Source of the DNA: the human T2T-CHM13v2.0 reference genome, Homo sapiens
Length of the DNA: 64,000 nt
Assembly (NCBI RefSeq): GCF_009914755.1
Contig: NC_060929.1
Direction: 5' to 3' (one strand)
Part shown: positions 1 to 14,353 of the stretch, in pieces
Layout of the letters: the number at the start of each line of letters is the position of its first letter
Numbering within the stretch: the stretch's first letter is position 1
Program-made: the position numbers and the translations under genes
The notes under the pieces: model-generated
Told to the model about the DNA's origin: nothing
Database searches by the model: none
The model's input: the letters and a program-made list of their open reading frames with translations, nothing else

Positions 1-715
1 TTAAGTCTTGATAGGAACCAATTAACTTGTTAAAGCGGGATCATCTGCATTTTAACTCAGAGAAAATTGGTTAATTGTACACAGAAACATTTCCTTTAAA
101 GGTGTAGGATGAGTCAAGCACAACTATCGAGAATGTTTGCGTTTAGCAAATTCTACTTTGATAATTGTTGCATACATATATAGTCTTAATAAATAGTAAG
201 TTCCTTGAGAACATGGATTATGTTTCATTTATTTTTAATATTTTTTGTGCTCTTAGTACACTATATTAAAATAGTTATCATTCAATAAGTGCTTATTAAA
301 CAGATAAGATTTACATTTTATATATCCATGAGTAGTGTTGCAAGGAAAAGCTTACACTTACTAGAAAGATAATATTTCATAGATGAACACATGAAAACAT
401 TTTGAAATAACTTGTAGCTATTTCTGTATTCCAGGGAACTTAATTCCTTCCATATGAAATTCCTTTTATTATCATATTTATTTCCTAAATGATACTACAT
501 CATTGACTCAAATTTTTTGTACAATAATCATTAGATTCTTCCTTGTTCATGGACTCCCTCCCCATTTCCCCAAATCCTTTCCCATTTCCCCAACTCCTTC
601 CTTTGAACTTCCAATTGAATTTTGTCTGCACTTGGACAATAACACTTTCTTCTTTTCAGTTTTTCTTATTATTTATGTCTTTTATTCATATATATATTTG
701 TGTCTTATTTACCCT

Positions 716-820
716 TCTAGATTGCTCCTTGAAAATAGGATCTACATTTGTTTCATCTTAGTACCCCTCTAGCAATTCACAGAACATACTAGCAATTCAA
801 TGAATTGAATGGATAAATAA
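716..820 (+). mobile_element. L2 LINE 3' end fragment
   Basis: TAGATTGCTCCTTGAAAATAGGA...TCAATGAATTGAATGGATAAATAAA resembles the L2 3' terminus (recalled consensus). Confidence 0.55.
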
Positions 821-960
821 ATCATTAACAATTTATTAAGTACCCACTCTGTGTACAGCAGTGTGTGGGACCCTGAGGATACAAAGAAACATAAGAGATG
901 GCTCTTGTTCTAGAGGAGCTTATGGTATTTAGGGGAAAACGCATATGTGCATCAAAATAT
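821..960 (-). mobile_element. L2 LINE 3' end fragment, tail-to-tail with the previous L2
   Basis: ATTTATTAAGTACCCACTCTGTGTACAGCAGTGTG...GAGGATACAAAG...GAGGAGCTTATGGT is a typical antisense L2 3' end. Confidence 0.6.
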
Positions 961-3619
961 AACCATAGGTATTTATGGGTTCACAATTTCCATCACTTTT
1001 GCTTATCTTTCTTTATATTTAAAGTTTTAAAAAAATAAAGTTCACTTATTATAGTACAACTTATAAAATAGTCTTCATGGAAATAGTTTTATTCTTTTAT
1101 TTTGGCATGAACTGAATTCAAATTACAACTTTATCAAAACCAAACAGCTGTCAAGCCTTCGTGAGACTCAGCATGAACCTTCTCTTTGGGTAGGTGCACC
1201 TCTATGCTTACATATTGTTCCTCCTAAAAAATTACAACAGTTGCGTGTGCATGTAAATACAACCAGAGGCAGGCCTACAGAGAGAATCAGGCATAAATTG
1301 TAAAAGTAGTTTATTATTCCTTTGGATTCACAGGGTAAATTATTCATATGTGACTCTGTGAAGCACATCGAGTAAGTGGACTATTTTCCCACTCTACTTT
1401 AAATATCCCCACTCCGAGCTTTAAAAGTACTAGCAATATATTTTGGGGAGAAAATCTATACATTTCTCTTAGCTAATATCTAACTGAGGGCTGTCAAACA
1501 GAAGACTTAAATGTAGCATATACGATTTTCTTTTAAGTCATACCATTCTTTTTTCCTTTCTAATTAAATATTTTTAGAGGATACTAAGCATCGAGAACAC
1601 AAAACAGATATGAACTTAGTAACTACCGTGAAAAGTTCAAAAGAGGCATAAGGAGAGAATCGGATCTTCAAAGCTTGATCCTTCCCCTCTCCAGTAGATC
1701 TTGCCTAAAGCACCTATGTATTTCCATTAAAAAATGCTGCAGTTGTTATATCTTTTTCCCTTTTTAGCATTATGTAACAGATTTTGGCTGTATTTAAAAT
1801 TTTTAAAGAACTATGTTTTAGATGATAGGTATTTTAAACTACTAAATAGAGTATTGATGTGTGAGCAGATATTGTCTCATTTTGCACTCTGCAGCTGAAT
1901 GCCTGAGGCACCGCCAGGTAACAGTGGAAGAGATTTCAAGAAGCAGACAAGTCTCTATGCACCCATGCCAGCCAGCAATCAATCTCCTTCTTTCCTGCCC
2001 TCCCCTCTGTAAATCTATTTACAGGCAATTGCATGTGCAAACGCACACATATACATATTACATAAAAAGAGTTTCCTCTATATGCTTAAACTTTCTCAAT
2101 GGTATCCATATTTTTCATTTTTCTGATATTTGGATAGGTCAGACAATCAGTGTACACATTCAATGTGGTATTGCATCTTGTTTTGCAGAAAAGTTGTCAT
2201 AATCAAAGCTAAATAATCTTGCAATCAATGGCATTTTAGAATAGAAAAAAGATTATGAGTATGTGTATGATTTTCACTTTCCTTACTTAAAGTTCATTGA
2301 CTCGAAGATACCAACTTGGCTTTTTCTCTTCTGTTCCATTCTGTTCCTGTCACTCTTACACATTCTACTACATTTCTAAAAGAATAGAAAACAGTGGTCT
2401 GCTCCACTTTACATAAAAAATACCTTCTTTAAAAACATGTGTAAATGATGTAAAGAGATGAAGAAAGTTGCTATTTAGAACAGCATTCTTTTGAATTACT
2501 TCATAAAGTGAAGGTCTTTTGGTAAAAAGGAAACTTCAACTTACCTTTGCTTTCTAAATATTTCAAGCTACATAGGTTGAATTTAGTAACATTTAATTGC
2601 TTTATTTCAGGAGCACCTCTTGATGTATTTGGGTGATGATACAGACACAAACTGATATCTGAGAGCTGGACACATAGTAGGCTCACAAATTGTCTTTTGT
2701 TGGAATGGATTTAAATGTTAAAGTGATTTGTAAATTCTCATTTTATAAGCTTTTGGACCAAGATAAAAATGATTCGATTAATGATTTTATTATCTTGTTT
2801 TAGAAATTTAGAAAGAAAGACTAAAGTCAGTTTCCGTGGCAATAAAAGTTTGACATCTTTAGGGAGGAATTATCGTGTGTGTGTGTGTGTGTAAAATCTT
2901 ATATGCAGTATACTTTATATTGGATCAGCAAATTTATTTGTGTGAAAGTTGCAGTATTAAGTCCTTGTTTGTCTGTGTGTATCTGAGAGACAGAGAGTGT
3001 GTGTAAAGTATATAACAAGCAAAATATACAACAAATTCCAAACCAAAGTTTATGAATTGAATTAAAATCTTGCAGAGGGTGTTCAGACAGTTTTTCAACG
3101 AAGAAGGAAAATTGGTTTAAATAATATCTCAAAATAGCACAACTTGCAGCAAGTATATAATTTGTGAAGTAATTGGGTAATTAATTGAAAAACAAATGTT
3201 AAGCAGTGCGCGAAGCTTGTCCATCTTTCAAAAACTGAAGCTCAGATGGCATATGGCAGAATATAAATGCATCTCTTTTCTGTGGTTTTGAATGTTAATT
3301 TTACAGACTGTTCTAGTTCATCCAATTTGTAATGGTAAAGATAAATTTTAATTCACAAGAAAATATATTATTTAATACAAAGCTTATAGTTTTGTTTTTT
3401 CAAAATTAATACAAGTCTTATGGAATATTCCTTACTCTTTTAGGATATCTTTACTTTCTTAAATTTCTTCCATCAATATTTTCTTTCCTCAGTATTTTCC
3501 TAAGGTAGATTACAACTTAGGAAACATGGTTCTAGTCACAATTCAAGGCCACTCTGTGTACCTTTATATACCTTTATTGTTTCAGTTTTCATTAATTCCC
3601 CCCATACACACCAAGCTTC

Positions 3620-4050
3620 GATCTCACAGAATTCCTCTCTTCCCACCTCCAGCTCCCAGCCCCAGCCCACACAACATGTGCCAATCTCTTTGGAGATACT
3701 GTGCTTCTTTCCAAAATGCCTGTGCTCATCTAATTACCTGGAACCTGCCTTCTCTTATTTTTTTGCGTGATAACCCTCCAGTCACCTTTCAACACTCCAT
3801 TCCAACACAGCCTTCTCTAAGACAGTATCTTCTTTCTCAAGCTGAGTTAGTTCCTCCTTCCTTTGAACTCCCCTTGTATTTGCCCATTGTATTAGAGATC
3901 TCTTTTTTATGAAGCTGTCTCTCCATCTAGATTAAATTCTACTCAAAGGAGGAGGTCATGAGTAATTAGTATTTGTATCCTCAGTACGCAGCACAATGTC
4001 TGAAATATACTTAATAATGCTAATAAATTTTGATAATATTTTGCTTGAGA
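3620..4050 (+). mobile_element. L2 LINE 3' region, degenerate
   Basis: Pyrimidine-rich L2-like body ending ...TTTGTATCCTCAGTACGCAGCACAATGTCTG...TAATAAATTTTG. Confidence 0.55.
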
Positions 4051-4098
4051 AAAATAGCAGTTGTCTTCAAATAGTAAGGGGATTAAAAACTCTAAGTT

Positions 4099-4364
<266 letters not shown>

Positions 4365-4436
4365 CTAAGTTACTAAGAATAATACATAATAAATAACAGG
4401 TAAACAAATAACTGAATAAAGGAGTCATACAATCTT

Positions 4437-4563
4437 TTTATTATTATTATTATACTTTAAGTTTTAGGGTACATGTGCACAATGTGCAGGTTAGTTACAT
4501 ATGTATACATGTGCCATGCTAGTGTGCTGCACCCATTAACTCGTCATTTAGCATTAGGTATAT
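4437..4563 (-). mobile_element. Young L1PA (about L1PA2-4) 3' end, ~127 bp, with a 17-bp TSD
   Basis: TTATTATACTTTAAGTTTTAGGGTACATGTGCACAATGTGCAGGTTAGTTACATATGTATAC is the antisense L1PA 3' UTR end. Perfect TSD AGGAGTCATACAATCTT at 4420-4436 and 4564-4580. Confidence 0.97.
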
Positions 4564-4744
4564 AGGAGTCATACAATCTTAAAAATTGAGAAAGAGAGAG
4601 AAGAAAATAACTTAGACAGCTTGGTAAGCTAGCTTGGTTAGCTAGCTAGGTAAGTTATTTTCTTCTCTCTCTCTCCCAATTTTTAATCTTGTATGTATGA
4701 CTCCTTACTCAGTCACTTATAAGTATAAATCTTCTGCCTAAGTA

Positions 4745-5566
<822 letters not shown>

Positions 5567-5619
5567 CACTTTATATTTTATAAAATCTAAAACAAGTGTT
5601 TCTAACGAAATGTTGGTGT

Positions 5620-5865
5620 TTAAATTGAGATATGCTGTAAGTGTGAAATATACAATAGATTTTGAAGGCAATATGAAAAAGATAATGTAAAATACCTCAT
5701 TAACACTTTTATGTTAATTATATGTTGAAATGATTATTTGGGATCTATTGAATCACATAAAAATATGTTCCTAAAATTCATTTCATACTGCTTTTTACTT
5801 TTAAAAATGTAGCTACTAGAAAATTTTAAATTATATATGTGGCTTTTGTTATATTTTGATTAGAT
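5620..5865. mobile_element. MER33-like hAT-Charlie DNA transposon
   Basis: AATTGAGATATGCTGTAAGTGTGAAATATAC...AAAAATGTAGCTACTAGAAAATTTTAAATTATATATGTGGCT matches the recalled MER33 consensus. Confidence 0.8.
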
Positions 5866-6923
5866 TTAACTTGGATTGTATAATTGCTCACTATTAATAT
5901 TTTAATATTTTCTACTTTCCATTGTCTTTTTCCTGTGGTGTATGATATTAGTGATAAATACTATCACTAAATTATAAAATTTACTAAGTCACAAAACTAT
6001 AAAAATTATTAAGTATTTTTACTGGACACTCTGAGCCCTTTTCCTAAATCATTATTTACTAAGGATATTGGAATGGTAAATATGGAAATTATTTTCATTA
6101 CTAATCTGCAGATTATCTCAGTAATTTTGAACACTACTGAAAATTTAATGTAAAAATGTTAAGAGTAAATGAATCAACTTTGCTTCTATTCTTTCTGGCA
6201 AATGCCATGCAGAAAGCAGGTCTTGGATACTAACACATCCTGTCTTTCCTATTTTGGATTGTATTTTCTCTTTTTTAAAGTGGAAACTTTGAAATCAGAA
6301 CTTGGCAAGTGAGATTAAAATTGTATAAATTTTATTTCTATATTATATATTAAAATTATATAATTAAAGTGGGATTAAAAATATATAAAGATAAATATTT
6401 TCCAGTTGTGAGTGGGTCAAAATAGTCAGAGGAAAAATATTTTTAAATAAGACTTGCTAGTAAAGTCGGCAAGGATAGATTGGCACATCTGTGAGATTAT
6501 TGGTGTCATGCTTCAGTGCTGATGTATGGTAAAATCCTTTTCACTCATTCATAGAGGAGGCAAATCAGAAATTAGATAAACATAACTATAGGATCACTAG
6601 ACACTGGCAACATTACTGTCCTCAAAGAGTCCTGGAAGTAGCTAAAATCATAGCCTCTGGGTGATTTTCACAGAGAGACACTTGAAATTACATGTTGGGA
6701 CCACAATCTCTGCAACTAATTCAATTATGCTCTGGACCACTAAGATCTGGTCTGGAATGGGATATTAAGTTTGACTTTGAAATGTGGATAATGCTGATTT
6801 GTCACAGACCCAGCTCAAAGTATGTTAATGTTATAGACTGTGGTGCAGATTCGATGGTCTCTCCAGTAGGTTTTTCACTTCTAACTTCAGAGTCCTGATG
6901 CTAAAACAAAAATGAAACAGAAT

Positions 6924-7044
6924 GAGGAGGGAAGAAAGGAAGGAAGAGAAAGGAAGGAAGAGAAAGGAAGGAAGAAGGAAGGAAGGAAGAAAGGAAGGAA
7001 GGAAGGAAGAAAGGAAGGAAGGAAGGAAAGAAGGAAGGAAAAAG
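6924..7044 (+). repeat. Compound (GGAA/GAAA)n polypurine microsatellite
   Basis: About 20 GGAA units in runs of up to 4, interrupted by GAAA/GAGAAA. Confidence 0.97.
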
Positions 7045-10000
7045 CCCAACAAAATAAACAAAAGCCAAAAAAAACAAAAACTTTAGAAGAATTCCTGTAT
7101 TCCTCGTACAGAGTGTGTCCTGTAATTCCACATTTCCATTCTCTTTTGAGAGAGATGGAGCAGAAACTATAAACACATTTTGATTGAACAGAAATATATT
7201 TTCCAATCCCAATTTCTTTTTTTAGTCTTTTATTAACTTGGGTTACTTCAGCACCACAGTTACATTCTTTTATCCTACAGGACCCTGCTTAAAAAGTCAG
7301 TAGAGTGGAAGTCCTAAACTGTGTTCAACTGTTCTTCAAAACTTGAGAAATTCAGCTAAATGCATGGGCTTATGCTCATGTCCAGGTGCAAATGCACATA
7401 CACACACACAGATGCCACAAGCTCCCACTGTGATGGGTGTGTTTAAAGCTTAGAAGAATGAAGCTTATTCATTATTATAGTGGCTGAAATCACAGAGAGA
7501 CCATCAGTGCTTCAGATGAAGTCCCATAATTACACTCTATTACACTATTTGTATACAAATTGCCAAAAACAATGCTTTCATCTGCCAAGTAGACCCAGAG
7601 GTGAAGCTGAACTGCAATTTTGCCAGCAACACCTTCTATTTTAATAGGGGACATGAGCAAACCAATAGTTTAGAAAAAAGAGACCCCTAAACCAATACAA
7701 ACTACTTATGTGTTCCAATAATGATATAGACCCCAGGCAAAGGAGGGAAATGTGGTATAGTTTTTTGAAATGTAGAAAGTCTTTCTATGATATAAGTTGA
7801 GTATAAGTGTAAAGATAGTCATGTGGAGGATTATTTTTGTCTAAGATGCTTTACATAAAGTGTAATGACATGGAAGAAATGAGAGAAATATGTAAAATTA
7901 TAAACAGCATTATTAGTTCTATTTCATACTTTTTACATGCCATCATTACTGTAAAATGTTTAGGGGATATATGTGAATAGCCCTACCCCTTATTCTCTAA
8001 AAAAGGTTAAAATGTTTCAAGATAATTGTTGCTTTTTATTTACCTCTTTCAAAACTTTCACTTTAATTTTCCTTAAATGTCTGCTGTGTAGCCAACTAGA
8101 CATTTCACTTAAAGGTACCCAAAACCATCTGAGGAAGGACAGCCAGACCAACCCTCCATGAGGCAAATAGGCAATGTCATTAAGATGGACTAAACACTAG
8201 CATCACTATAATTATTCTATGCTTCTTGCCATAATATACTGCAGCAATTCATCAAATATGACAAATATTGCTGAGTGGAGACAAACAGAGATCAAAGAGA
8301 TAATGTCTTTTAATGCACTTAATTCATAATGATTTCTGAGCACCTAAAGATCTAGGACCCAGCTTTAAATTTACCCTTTGTTAGAGTGACAGAATTTCTT
8401 GGTATATAATGTGCATGCATGCCTATGTTGTACGATTAGTGCAAGACTACACATTATATACCTTAGCCATAGTTTTCATACAACCACGGTGTTCCTATGT
8501 TCTTTTGCTATAACTTTGTCTTAAGCAAGTTGGCCTTATGAATGCAATATCGATATGTATGAATTTACTTTCCCTTAAAATGTGTAAACCTAGATTGTTA
8601 ATACTAAACTCCCAACTAGTCTAGTAAGAAATAAAGTCATTTTCCCACAAAGTTTCCTTACTATCAAGATTAAACTAAATAACTGGGACAGTTATTTTTA
8701 TTGTCTTGTCTCATGAAGTAGAATTTAAATAGTTAAGCAAATAATTTATTTGTTTCCAACATACTGTTGCAAGGATCTGCTAAAAATTTATAATTTTTAT
8801 TCACCTTTTACCCAAGTATTCTATATTATGTAGCATTTTCTACATTTAAATAATCTTTAACCTGACAAATTTATGTTAATTTTAGTGTCATCTGAAAAAA
8901 ATGCATCATGTTACAACTTTCACAATTGCATGTGTATGGAAATGTCATTTTTTTAATGAAACTTGCAGTTGTTTCAGTGAGTGTGGGCATGTTGCAAAGA
9001 ATTATAGATGATGATGCATATGCATAATTTCAAAAAGGTAAGTAATTTCCAAAACAAGTTATAAGTCAATGTTATCTTCAAGTTCCTGTGTTTCCCTTCC
9101 AAATACTGTAAAATTTTATTCTGTAACTCTATAGATCTCATACTATTTGAATAAGAAGGATATTCACTACTTACCTATTTTAACCAAAGTAATTTCATTA
9201 TAAATATTACATGATAATTTATGTGTTAAGTGTTTAGAAATTATCTAAGAGGAATTTCGTGTTTTTAAGCTATAAAATAATGCATTACTTACTATTTTAT
9301 AACACAGTTATTCTTTAAGAACCATCTAAAAAAATACCAAAATGGCAGAGACTAAGTAAAAAACTTGCTTAATCTACATTTTGGTTGGTATAAAAAGGCA
9401 TAGACTTTAAGAGATACTTGCAGTATGAGGTATTTACACATTTAGAAGGTTGTAGATGTAATGTGGATTCATGAATTTTCCCCCAAATCTGTAGAGTCAC
9501 CTTGTCAAATTCAGATCCAACCAAGTTTCCTGAGATTCTTCACACTGGCACAAGGTTCCATTGTGACATTCTGGTTATTCAGGTATTGCCTTGGTTTTTA
9601 TCTTTATCATGGGGTTGATATCAGTAACTACATGAAAACCTGTTCTTTAAAAGTAAAATACAGAGGCAGGTGAAACTTCAGCATGCACACTATTGGGCCA
9701 TGTCACTTATAAGATACATAATCAAATTTCTATTACAGATGTTATTCTACTGAAATCTTGGATTATGACATAAGCTATCCATCCCTTAGGTAAATTCATC
9801 TCAGAATAAGATTCATAAGTTGGTAATATAATTCAGGAAAAGAAATCAATTCTTGCTTATTTAAAATTTTTGTTTTACCAGGTGTTAAATGAAGCATTTA
9901 ACCTAGTTATAATGATAATACTATTCAAAACAAATGATAACACTTGAAACCAGACGAAAAAAATGAATATTTTTCCATCTTGGAACTTAATAATATGACT

Positions 10001-10239
10001 ATTTATTTGTGAGTTTATCAATGTAACATCTAGTTCATATTAAGAGCTTGATTGAGAAAGATGTTTAAAATCACTGATGTTTCTAATTCCAAAACTTAGC
10101 ATCCATCAGAATTCTGTTTCCTTTAAAAATGTATTATTAGTATTTTTCACCTCTGAATGATTTTGCATGTCTCCCAAAATATAAACAAAATGTTTAAAGC
10201 ATAAATAGACATTGTAAGTCCAGCATTGTATGTCATTCT

Positions 10240-10658
10240 CTATCAGTTATTTATCACTACAGTTTGTGGTGTAACAAACCACAAACTCTGAAACAATTAT
10301 CATTTTAAACATATATGGGCTAATTGGCTAGGAGACTCTGCTGATCATGGCTATTGTTGCTCAAGCACGTATGGGTAGGCTGGCTATTGACTGACCTGTG
10401 AGGGCCACAGATGGGACAACTGCAATGACGCAGCTTGGTTTCTCATGTCTCATTCTCCAACAGCTCAGTTGCGGCCTCATGGCAAAAGCAGAGAACTGTC
10501 TGCATGGGTCACATCTGTGAATATCCAGTTGGCCAAAGAAATGTACATGGTTAAACTCAGTATCAAGGGGTAGTGGAAGGAGCTTCAAATTTATGTGTCA
10601 GAAAGTGTTGAATTAGGTACAAGAGAAGAATTTGGCTAATAATGCAACTATTTCCCCA
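10240..10658 (-). mobile_element. ERVL-MaLR LTR (MLT1G/H-like), degenerate
   Basis: TATCAGTTATTTATCACT...GTAACAAACCAC...TTGGCCAAAGAAATGTACATGGTTAAACTCAG resembles the antisense MLT1 pattern. Confidence 0.65.
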
Positions 10659-10939
10659 GTCTACTGTTTATTTCATTTTACTTAAGAAATAACTCTATTG
10701 ATATATTCATAGCTATCAAAACAAATAAATAAACAAAATAACATTAAATAATTTAGAGAAAGAGAAATTTCTGCCATAATGGCACAACCTGAATGTTCTT
10801 ACATTTCAGTGTGTATTCTTTCAGGCTTTGCAAAGTATGTGTGACACATGAGATTAAATTATGAATTTGCTATTGTTACATAAACTGTGGGCAAATTCAG
10901 AATATAAGGAAACTTTAAAAAACTTTAAAAAAATTGATC

Positions 10940-12048
10940 TTTGCAAACCTACAGTAAACTCATAGTCAATGATGAAATTTTAGAAATATTTATTTTAAAG
11001 TCAGGAATAAGAAAATGAGGCCCACTATTATTTTTTCTAGTCAACATTATCTTGGAGTTCCCATCAAATAAAGCAAGAAGGAAAAAATCAAAGGAATATA
11101 TGATGAAGAGAAAAAAATAACATTTTTCACAGACAATATTGATAGCAAGAAAAATCTAAGAATATTCACAAATCAGGCTATTAAAATTATGAAAGGAATT
11201 CAGTGAGTTTGAAATCAATAGCATTTCTAGACACCATCACGAATGTATTTAAAAAAAACAAGTCATTCACAGAAGAAAAGATATAAACACCTAGGAATAT
11301 TAAACAAGAGATGAGAAACATGATTATGGAGAAAAATTAAAATGTATTCTTGAAGACATAAAATACCAATAATAGATGCTGTGTGCTATGTTTACATATA
11401 AGAACATTCAATGTGGAAGATTTTGCAATATTTGTCAGATTAGTTTAAAAATCAATGAAATTTCAGTCAACATCTGAACCAGAGATTTTGAAGAGGTTAA
11501 TTTTAAGAATAATCATGGACACCTGAAGAAGAAAAGGGAAAGGGAGCAGGATGTATTTGCCCCTTATTATAATTCCTAGTAAATTTCAAAAGTGTGGCTT
11601 CGATACAAGGGTAGACAAATAGAAAAATGTGGCAGAATAGAAAGCCCAGAAACAGACATGATAAACACAAAGAAAATTGGCACATGGCAGAGTAATTATT
11701 AAAAATCTGTGGAAAAAAGATGGACTGTCCAATAAATATTGCTAGTGGGCTAAAATTTGTTAGCCTAATGAAAAAACTATCATATTTTAATATCTATAAT
11801 AATAAGCCCAAGATGGATAAAGACCTAAGCATGAAAACAAAAATTTTAAAACTTTTTGAAGAAAACGGTATTTTTGTAATTTTAAGGTAGAAATAATTTT
11901 GTAAACAGGATACAAAAAGTACAAATGTTAAAGAAAAATATGGGAAAAATGGAATATAAAAAAAGGAGCATTACTACTGATCTTACAACCTTTAGAAATA
12001 TAATAAGATAAAAATGGGCCAAAGACCTTAATAGACACCTGGCCAAAG

Positions 12049-12117
<69 letters not shown>

Positions 12118-14353
12118 TATATATATATATATATATATGCTATATATATATAGCAGTTAAGCATACGAAAAGATGCTCTGCATTATATGCTATATGCAGA
12201 GACAAAAGACCCAGAATAGCCAACATACCATTGAAGGAGAAGAAAAAAGTTGGAGGACTGACACTATCTGACTTCAAGACTTACTGTGAAGTTACAGTAA
12301 AGAAGACAGTGTGATATTGGTGAAAGAATAAATGTAGATTAAAGTAACAAAATAGAAAGCTCAGAAATCAGCCCACATAAATATAATTAATTGATCTTTG
12401 ACAAAAGGGCAAAAGCATGACAATAGAGAAAATTGTTTGTTTGTTTGTTTGTTTCCCAACAAATAGTGCTGGAACAAGTATACATCTTGCATATATGCAA
12501 AAAAAAACAATTAAACACAAACCCTATCCTCCCTTCATAAAAAATAAATCTAAAAGAATCGCAGACCTAAATGTAAATGTGAAACCGTAGAACTACTAGA
12601 AGAAGAAAATCTAGATGACCTTAGGTTTGGTGATGACTTTTTAGATACATTTCCATATGTATGATTCATGAAAGAAATAACTAATAAGTTAGACTTCATT
12701 ATAAGTAAAAATTTCTGCTCTGAGAAAGACACTGTCAAGAGAATGAAAAGACAAGCCACAGAATGGGAGAAAATATTTACAAAAGACATCAGATAAAGGA
12801 CTGTTATTGAAAATACCCAAAAAAAACAGAGTCAACGATAAGAAAAGGAACATGCTGATTTAAAAAAATGAGTCAAAGACCTTAAGAGACACCTCACTAA
12901 AAAAGATGTACACATGGCAAATAGTCATATAAAAAGATGTTCCACAACATGTGTCATTAGGGAAATGCAAATTAAAGCAATAATGAGATACTGTTACATA
13001 CCTATTAGAATGGTTAAAACCCAAAGCATCAACACCAGTGCTGGCAAGAAACTGGAACAACAGGAACTGTCATTTGTTGCTGGTGGGAATAAATATAATA
13101 AATTTGAATAGGCCAATATACATGGAAGAAATTAATGTGTAATTTAAGACCTTCTTATAACAAAAATTTCAGGCCTAGATGGCTTTACTTGTAAATTCTA
13201 CAAAATATTTAAGAAAGAACATCAATCATATCCAAATAGAATAAAGCATAATAGTGTAGAAAAAAAACTTCTCAAGTCATTTTATGAAAGAAGACAATAA
13301 TCTTACAGAAAGAAATCTTATAGATAACTCTTTCATAAACCTAAATGCAAAGTCCCCCCCAAATTTAGCAACAGATTCCAATGATTTCAAAAGCATAATA
13401 AATCATAAAAAATTGATTTATTTTTGAGATTCAATTTTTCACATTCTGAAATAAATTTAAGTCAGAAATCAACCAAGTTAATATAAAATAAGACAAAAAT
13501 TACATAGTCAATTCAATAGATACAGAAATTTACTTGATAAAATAAAATTCCATATTCATTCATGATTAAATAAACCCTTTTAACAGGCTAGAAATGGAAG
13601 GGAACTTCTGTAAGAAAATTTTTACTTATAAAGAACTTACAACAAACACTAAGTATTTGTTGTAAGCTCTTTATGTACTGAGAAATATTTCATATTTATA
13701 TACAATGAGATATAGTGAAAGTTGTTCACCTGAAACTGTGACAAAGACAAGTATGTTTTTCATTAGTATGTCAATTTACCGTCATGTTAAAGGTCTAAGC
13801 CAATGGAATAAGGCTAAAGAAATAAAAATTCTATGAATTGGAAAAGAAAAAGTAAAGCTGTCACAATTTGCAAATTAGTATGGTTGAGTAAGTAAAAATT
13901 TGAAAGAATGCATAAATAAATATACTTTAATGAGTTTAGTAAGGTTTCTAGATGCAAGATCAATATACAAAACTAAATTATGTTTTTAAATAAGCAATAA
14001 CTAAAAATGAAATTCTAATAAATAATACACTACAATGGCATAAAAATTACCTAGGAATAAGTGAAAATTTGTAAGACTTCCTTAGTGAAAACCATAAAAT
14101 ATTTTTGAGAAAAATTAAGAAGACCTATACAAATGAATTATTCAAGTTCATGGAAAACTCATAAGGTAAATATGTCAACTTTCTCCAGATTGATCTATAG
14201 GTTCAGTACAATCCTAAAACAAATCCTAGGTTTATTGTGGGAGTTGACAAGCTATTTTAAGATATATATGGTAATGATAAAGTCCAGGAACAGCCTAGAC
14301 AATTTGAAGAAAAAATAAGTTTGATGACCTATTCTGCAGATATAAAGACCTAT
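10940..14353 (+). mobile_element. Mosaic of ancient L1M (L1MC/MD/ME) ORF2 fragments
   Basis: A-rich L1 ORF2 remnants, e.g. CAAAAGACCCAGAATAGCCAAC, AGACAAGCCACAGAATGGGAGAAAATATTT and CAGGCCTAGATGGCTTTACT. Discontinuities near 12190 and 13090. ORF 12914..13111 (HIKRCSTTCVIREMQIK) is an ORF2p C-terminal remnant. Confidence 0.88.
12051..12152. repeat. (TA)n microsatellite with periodic GC interruptions
   Basis: About 100 bp of TA repeats interrupted three times by ATGCTA. Confidence 0.97.

Noticed and set aside
6831-7212. Low-complexity ORFs on both strands
   Set aside because: Translations of the GGAA microsatellite.
7248-7268. REST/RE1-like TTCAGCACCAC
   Set aside because: Only the left half-site matches; the GGACAG half is absent.
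7261-7391. Possible exon (TTTTATCCTACAG acceptor, CAG/GTGCAA donor)
   Set aside because: Weak donor, no recognisable protein, and such sites are frequent by chance.
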